Below, piece by piece: positions 55,709-59,979 of a stretch of 59,979 bases of DNA; within the stretch, counting starts at the first letter, position 1; each line of letters starts with the position of its first letter. The stretch spans positions 1 to 59,979 of the forward strand of contig CAZWIP010000001.1 of NCBI GenBank assembly GCA_964634125.1. The letters are read 5' to 3'. The notes below the pieces were generated by a model. It was not told the origin of the DNA. It ran no database searches and saw only the letters and a list, made by a program, of their open reading frames with translations. This DNA is from an uncultured Dehalococcoidia bacterium. Its GTDB lineage: Bacteria > Chloroflexota > Dehalococcoidia > SZUA-161 > SpSt-899. A program made the translations under genes and the position numbers.

Positions 55709-58700
55709 ATGAAGAACTCCCCTGCTAACCGCGCGCTTTCCAACAACTCTCTATCAAAAACACAGATACATCCATTTGAGAAGATAGAGGAGCGCTTCAC
55801 GCAAGTCATGCAGGGGCCCATGGAGCAAGCACGACGAATAAGAGAAGCTGATATCGTTATCGGTATCCCCTTTTATAATGAAACTGATACTATTGCACAC
55901 GTAATAAATACAGCACGGGAAGGCTTGAAAAAATACTATCCAGGTCAAAAATCCGTCATCGTAGCTGCCGGGTCCACAGTAGGAGATAAAGCACTCGAGA
56001 TCATTAATAGTATTCCTCAAGAGAAGAAAATAGACCAAATAGCTTTCTTACTCAATGATGAACGACTCAATGGAAAGGGGTGGGGTGTTCGGGCTATTAT
56101 TGAAATATCCCAGAGTTTGGGTGCCGACAACATAATTCTGGAGGCTGATTTAAAAAGCCGTAGAAGTGATGGCAGAATCGAGGGCCTGGCCCCAGACTGG
56201 GTTTACCTTCTTCTTGAACCAATCCGAAGTGGCCAGGCGGATATGGTCATCTCACGATTCAATCGCTACTACCTTGAGTCCCCCATCTCTTCTTTCATTG
56301 CCCATCCATTGCTTACCGCAATCTACAACTGCCCTATTCATCGTCTCGTAGGGGGACAGTGGGGAATCTCTCACGAATTGCTCCGAAGCCAATTTAGATA
56401 TCCCAGAAATCTGTGGAGCAGCGACATAGGTGGGTATGGTATAGATAATTGGATAGCAAATGCAGCAATCGTAAGCAATTCCGTTATTTGTGAAGCCAAT
56501 TTGGGAATCAAGATACACAAACTATCGATCCCTAAAAATGAATTGGTATTGCGCCAATTAGCCGGTGCTCTTTTTGCTCAAATTGTAGATGACAGAGAAT
56601 GGTGGGAAGATATCGATAAAATCCGCAATCAGCCGTATCTCAAGCCACTAGCAACATTCGGGGTCAAGAAACTGGATAAGCCGGACCATGTTGATATAAG
56701 CCCTGAAAAAGCAATAGCTCGATATCGGCAGGGGTTTGACAAATTCCATCTGCTTTACAAAAGAGTTCTTCCAAACGATACATATTTAGAATTGGAAGAA
56801 CTGGCTTCAGCTAATACTGACCAGTTTTCGGTTAGTCACGATCTGTGGACTCGCGTCATTTATCACCTTTTACTCGCCTACGCCTTTGGTAAGGATTTCG
56901 CCAAGGGTGACTTATTAGATTCATTGATCCCCCTGTACAATGCCTTCATGGCAAGTTTCGCTCTGCATATGAAGCTGCTTCACAATAAACTGGAACACCT
57001 GCCCATTGAAGAAAGAGACCGGCTGGTATATCTGGAAACTGAGAATAAATTTGAAGCCCTCACAACTGAGTTTCTTCGACAAAAACCTGAGTTTGTTGCC
57101 AGTTGGGAGATTTCCGAAGAGGCACTCAAACCACCGGTCCCACAGATCACTTATCGTGAGTTTATACCCGGAGTTCCTCTGATAGTGCCCACTGAACTAA
57201 CAACTTCTGAAGGCAAGATAGTCCGCGCTAACGAAATATATGATTCTGTTTTCACGAAACAGAAAGCGGGATTTGAGCACTATATATACGAACGTTTGAA
57301 TGTACCACGAGACGCCAGTTCCCTGGAAGTATCCCTGGCAATAAAAGATTTCATGCATTCAGTTGAGAGCGAGATACTCCCAGATATCGACTTGACAACA
57401 GTCGAGGGTACACAAGAGATGGTCAATACCATTATAGAAAACCTCCCACACGGGGATGGATTCTCTTTGATACCTGAGATGGCATCACGGTTCCTGGCGC
57501 AACACCCTCCTATTAGCCTCCTGACCAAATTGGGATACTCATATTTGGATCAGCTATTGGAAGACTATGATCCTCTCGACATCATGGCATTGGCCACATG
57601 GTCTGAAGAACGTGAATATTCAAGCGGATTATGGGATCTACTGGCAGATAACATCCGTCCGGAGCATTTCGTACCGTGTAAAATAAAGCCATTAGTAGTA
57701 ACTCATGAGGACTTCCCATCACTGGTGGAGATGAAAGATTCATCCGCTCTCGATAGACTGACTTCCAGAATAGTTGTAAGTAACATTCACAAAGGTATGG
57801 GAGGAGAATTCCCAAAACTGAGATACTTGACAACCATCGGCAAGAATATCGTGGAAGCAGAGAGATTTGCCAATATTTGGAGAAGGTTCGCTGCAGAAAG
57901 AAAGGACTTCGGCCGCAAAGTGCTGGATTCTATCAGAGGGCACTGGGGCAAAGAACCGCTATCGGCGCACTTTATCTTCGAAGATGGTCACCAACGTATT
58001 TTGGTTGAGCGCGTCAGGGAGATGGTGGAAAGAATCGATAAAGAAGAGGAAAATGGTGATCGGGCTCGCTTCGCCCGGTTTAAACACCTCAGGGACCTGT
58101 GTGAATGCTATCATTTAGCGCTTGCACTTCCAGACGGCAAATTCGTTACTTGCTCGGCCTGGTCATGGGCAAGCTACAGCTTCAAAGGCGGTAGGGCTTC
58201 TCCCTCCCCGCTTTCTTTACACGTAGAGAGGGACTGGTCTTCACGAGAATTCCTCGTCGAATATTACAAGGCAATTGGTGGAACTGAAGAAGAGATCGAA
58301 GAGAAGATTATCGAGCTCATTGAGCAAGGCAGGGAATCGGAAAACCTGGCCCCAATCCTTTTGGGAGAAGAGAAAGGAGCTGGAAAAGTAGTATCAAGGG
58401 AGGCCACGATCATCTCGCCCGAGTACCCACCAGCAAAGAGCCTGAATCGATTCGATGGCAATCCTATTCTTGAACCCATCAAAGAGCACTCATGGGAATC
58501 AAAATATGTTCTCAACGCTGCTTGTATCCGCTTGAATGGTAAAGTCCATTTAGTTTATCGAGCCTTTGGAGAAGATAAAATATCCCGCTTGGGGATGGCT
58601 ATCAGTGAAGATGGTTTCAATTTCACTGAAAGGTTGGATAAACCGATTTTCTCACCCAATCATGCCAGCGAAAAAATGGGTTGCGAGGATCCTCGTTTAA

Positions 58701-59383
58701 CGTTGATTGGCGATCGTATTTATATGACTTATACTGCTTACGATGGACTGGTAGCACAAATTGCTCTGGCCTCTATTGGTGTAAAAGAATTTCTCCAGCA
58801 TCGCTGGCGAGCATGGCGCAGACATGGCCTTGTGTTTCCTGGTTTCGATAATAAAGATGCGATAGTATTCCCTGAAACATTTAATGGGAAATATGCTATG
58901 TTACATCGTGTTGATCCTCATATATGGATAACCTTTTCACCTCACCTTCGCTGTCCATGGCCCCGCAGAGAGCATAAAATACTGGCAGGAACAACGACAG
59001 GAATGATGTGGGATGGGAGAAAAATCGGGGCCGGAGCTCAGCCTATTAAAACAAAATTCGGTTGGCTTTTGATAACCCACGGTGTTGATTATGATCACGT
59101 TTATCGTCTGGGTGTAATGCTCCTGGATTTGGCAGATCCCTCCAAATTGAAATATCGCTCACCCAACTTTATTCTGGAGCCCGAAGCCCAATGGGAGCTT
59201 GGGAAAGACGATACTTCCTGGGTGCCCAACGTCGTCTTTACATGCGGGGCCCTTCCCCTGGCAGATCATATTTTCTTCCTCAGTGCCGAAGATGAAATAA
59301 TCGTTTACTACGGCTCGGCCGATACAGTAATGAGTGCGGCTACTACTAAAGTCGGAGACCTTATCCCTAAGGAGTTCCGGTAA
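55709..59383 (+). CDS. fusion protein: GT-A glycosyltransferase (mannosylglycerate/glucosylglycerate-synthase-like) + helical middle region + GH130-like (DUF377) beta-propeller
   Basis: The N-terminus carries IVIGIPFYNE, NGKGWG, LEADL, APDW, VGGQWG and YGIDNW, which echo blocks I recall from Rhodothermus mannosylglycerate synthase. The C-terminus from ~aa 908 carries FDGNPILEP, NAACIRLNGKVHLVYRA, GCEDPRL and YMTYTAY, typical of GH130/DUF377. Confidence 0.85.
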   Translation: MKNSPANRALSNNSLSKTQIHPFEKIEERFTQVMQGPMEQARRIREADIVIGIPFYNETDTIAHVINTAREGLKKYYPGQKSVIVAAGSTVGDKALEIINSIPQEKKIDQIAFLLNDERLNGKGWGVRAIIEISQSLGADNIILEADLKSRRSDGRIEGLAPDWVYLLLEPIRSGQADMVISRFNRYYLESPISSFIAHPLLTAIYNCPIHRLVGGQWGISHELLRSQFRYPRNLWSSDIGGYGIDNWIANAAIVSNSVICEANLGIKIHKLSIPKNELVLRQLAGALFAQIVDDREWWEDIDKIRNQPYLKPLATFGVKKLDKPDHVDISPEKAIARYRQGFDKFHLLYKRVLPNDTYLELEELASANTDQFSVSHDLWTRVIYHLLLAYAFGKDFAKGDLLDSLIPLYNAFMASFALHMKLLHNKLEHLPIEERDRLVYLETENKFEALTTEFLRQKPEFVASWEISEEALKPPVPQITYREFIPGVPLIVPTELTTSEGKIVRANEIYDSVFTKQKAGFEHYIYERLNVPRDASSLEVSLAIKDFMHSVESEILPDIDLTTVEGTQEMVNTIIENLPHGDGFSLIPEMASRFLAQHPPISLLTKLGYSYLDQLLEDYDPLDIMALATWSEEREYSSGLWDLLADNIRPEHFVPCKIKPLVVTHEDFPSLVEMKDSSALDRLTSRIVVSNIHKGMGGEFPKLRYLTTIGKNIVEAERFANIWRRFAAERKDFGRKVLDSIRGHWGKEPLSAHFIFEDGHQRILVERVREMVERIDKEEENGDRARFARFKHLRDLCECYHLALALPDGKFVTCSAWSWASYSFKGGRASPSPLSLHVERDWSSREFLVEYYKAIGGTEEEIEEKIIELIEQGRESENLAPILLGEEKGAGKVVSREATIISPEYPPAKSLNRFDGNPILEPIKEHSWESKYVLNAACIRLNGKVHLVYRAFGEDKISRLGMAISEDGFNFTERLDKPIFSPNHASEKMGCEDPRLTLIGDRIYMTYTAYDGLVAQIALASIGVKEFLQHRWRAWRRHGLVFPGFDNKDAIVFPETFNGKYAMLHRVDPHIWITFSPHLRCPWPRREHKILAGTTTGMMWDGRKIGAGAQPIKTKFGWLLITHGVDYDHVYRLGVMLLDLADPSKLKYRSPNFILEPEAQWELGKDDTSWVPNVVFTCGALPLADHIFFLSAEDEIIVYYGSADTVMSAATTKVGDLIPKEFR

Positions 59384-59392
59384 AAAAAGGAA

Positions 59393-59488
59393 TGGCGGGA
59401 GCGAGGGGAGTCGAACCACCATGAGCATCGAAGGATACCCACCAACGGTTTTGAAGACCGCGAGCACCACCGGGCACCATTCGCTCCC
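59393..59488 (-). tRNA. selC: tRNA-Sec (anticodon UCA)
   Basis: - Length and ends: 96 nt; the reverse complement reads GGGAGCGA-AU-GGUGCC-CGGU-GGUGCU-C-GCGGU-CUUCAAA-ACCGU-... and ends ...UUCGACU-CCCC-UCGCUCCC-G-CCA.
- Acceptor stem: extendable to 8 bp.
- D-arm: 6-bp stem with 4-nt loop.
- Anticodon loop: CUUCAAA.
- Variable arm: 7-bp stem GGGUAUC/GAUGCUC.
- 3' end: the CCA is encoded. Confidence 0.8.
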
Positions 59489-59496
59489 AGCTTCAG

Positions 59497-59525
59497 ATTT
59501 TACCCCAATTTGCTCCTGAAGTCCA
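59497..59525 (-). promoter_or_regulatory. promoter candidate for selC
   Basis: On the minus strand: TGGACT (complement of 59520-59525), a 17-nt spacer, then TAAAAT (complement of 59497-59502). The -10 element ends 8 nt before the tRNA 5' end. Confidence 0.4.
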
Positions 59526-59618
59526 CGATTTGGCGACATTTATGGACCGGATAGAGATATTGAGCGCAGTGGCAGGGATATCAAATGGTATCCAGACCTA
59601 TTTCTGACAACACTACTT

Positions 59619-59816
59619 TTACTTTTGAGTTTCCATTTTCACAGCGCGTCTTCGCCAATCGATCCAAGAAACAAGGGCATCCCACTCTTCCCAACTCAGA
59701 GCTTCTTCCCAGCCAGTCCTGTGATGGGCATCTTCGAGTCTTATTACCACCCCTTCAGGCCGATCCTTTATTACAATTGGGTGTGGCGCTGCGTTTTTCA
59801 ATTCGTACTTCGCCAT
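59619..59816 (-). CDS. small hypothetical protein (65 aa, Trp/acidic-rich)
   Basis: ATG preceded by a strong SD (AGGGAGGTG, then 4 nt). I recognise no motif. It lies upstream of selC on the same strand. Confidence 0.55.
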   Translation of the reverse strand: MAKYELKNAAPHPIVIKDRPEGVVIRLEDAHHRTGWEEALSWEEWDALVSWIDWRRRAVKMETQK

Positions 59817-59979
59817 TTTTCACCTCCCTATATTTGGAGATGGGATGGTATTATAACCGATTTCTGTAACCTGAGCAATAGAATGTGAGATTTCTTGATA
59901 GCGAAATGAGACCACCACTAATTCATACTATTAACCCGGCAATTAAATACTAGACAAAACATCGAAAATATATTACAAT

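Noticed and set aside
59159-59539. ORFs on both strands (59159-59539 minus, 59334-59519 plus) covering the tRNA region
   Set aside because: They overlap the tRNA-Sec gene and the end of the GH130 fusion gene, with no SD. The tRNA explains the sequence conservation pattern better.

Overview
The window is 59,979 bp of chromosomal DNA, tightly packed with about 47 protein genes, one tRNA and several families of short intergenic repeats. I saw no transposase, integrase, phage gene, CRISPR array or rRNA.

Gene content (oxygen-sensitive radical enzymes, strong AGGAGG Shine-Dalgarno sites, tRNA-Sec) suggests an anaerobic bacterium, possibly Chloroflexota-like. That taxonomic guess is inference only and cannot be verified here.

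**Housekeeping genes.** mnmG, a HIT protein, mfd, ilvE, an NfeD/SPFH pair, a CCA-type nucleotidyltransferase, gyrB and selC (tRNA-Sec) are interleaved with an unusually dense, paralog-rich set of CoA-ester metabolism genes.

**CoA-ester modules.**
- One HgdC-type activase serves two paralogous 2-hydroxyacyl-CoA-dehydratase-like heterodimers (7433-9996 and 21956-24501).
- There are three SCP-x-type thiolase modules. Two are paired with a HMG-CoA-synthase-like::DUF35 fusion whose catalytic Glu and Cys appear substituted; the His position is less securely aligned (18744-21556 and 32210-34886). The third has a free-standing DUF35 protein (48198-49769).
- A disassembled MFE-2-like set (SDR, split MaoC hotdogs, crotonase, CoA-transferase) lies at 14138-18648.
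- A MenB/BadI-type crotonase, a tandem acyl-CoA dehydrogenase pair and a SnoaL-like protein lie at 34919-38833.
- A glutaconate-type CoA-transferase A/B pair is flanked by two 3-hydroxyacyl-CoA-dehydrogenase paralogs with complementary motif losses (44352-48030).

**Other loci worth a second look.**
- An ArsM-like methyltransferase, a zinc-ribbon radical SAM enzyme and two tiny proteins (910-3677).
- A LivG-type ABC ATPase with an in-frame hydrophobic insertion of about 110 aa (40404-41507).
- A near-consensus promoter, a palindromic operator candidate and an intrinsic terminator that bracket a non-coding unit of about 200 nt (49878-50145).
- A soluble histidine kinase with five PAS and two GAF domains (1295 aa).
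- A 1224-aa fusion of a mannosylglycerate-synthase-like GT-A domain with a GH130-like domain, next to a GT4-like enzyme.

All functional calls come from reading motifs by eye and from recalled family signatures. No database search was run.
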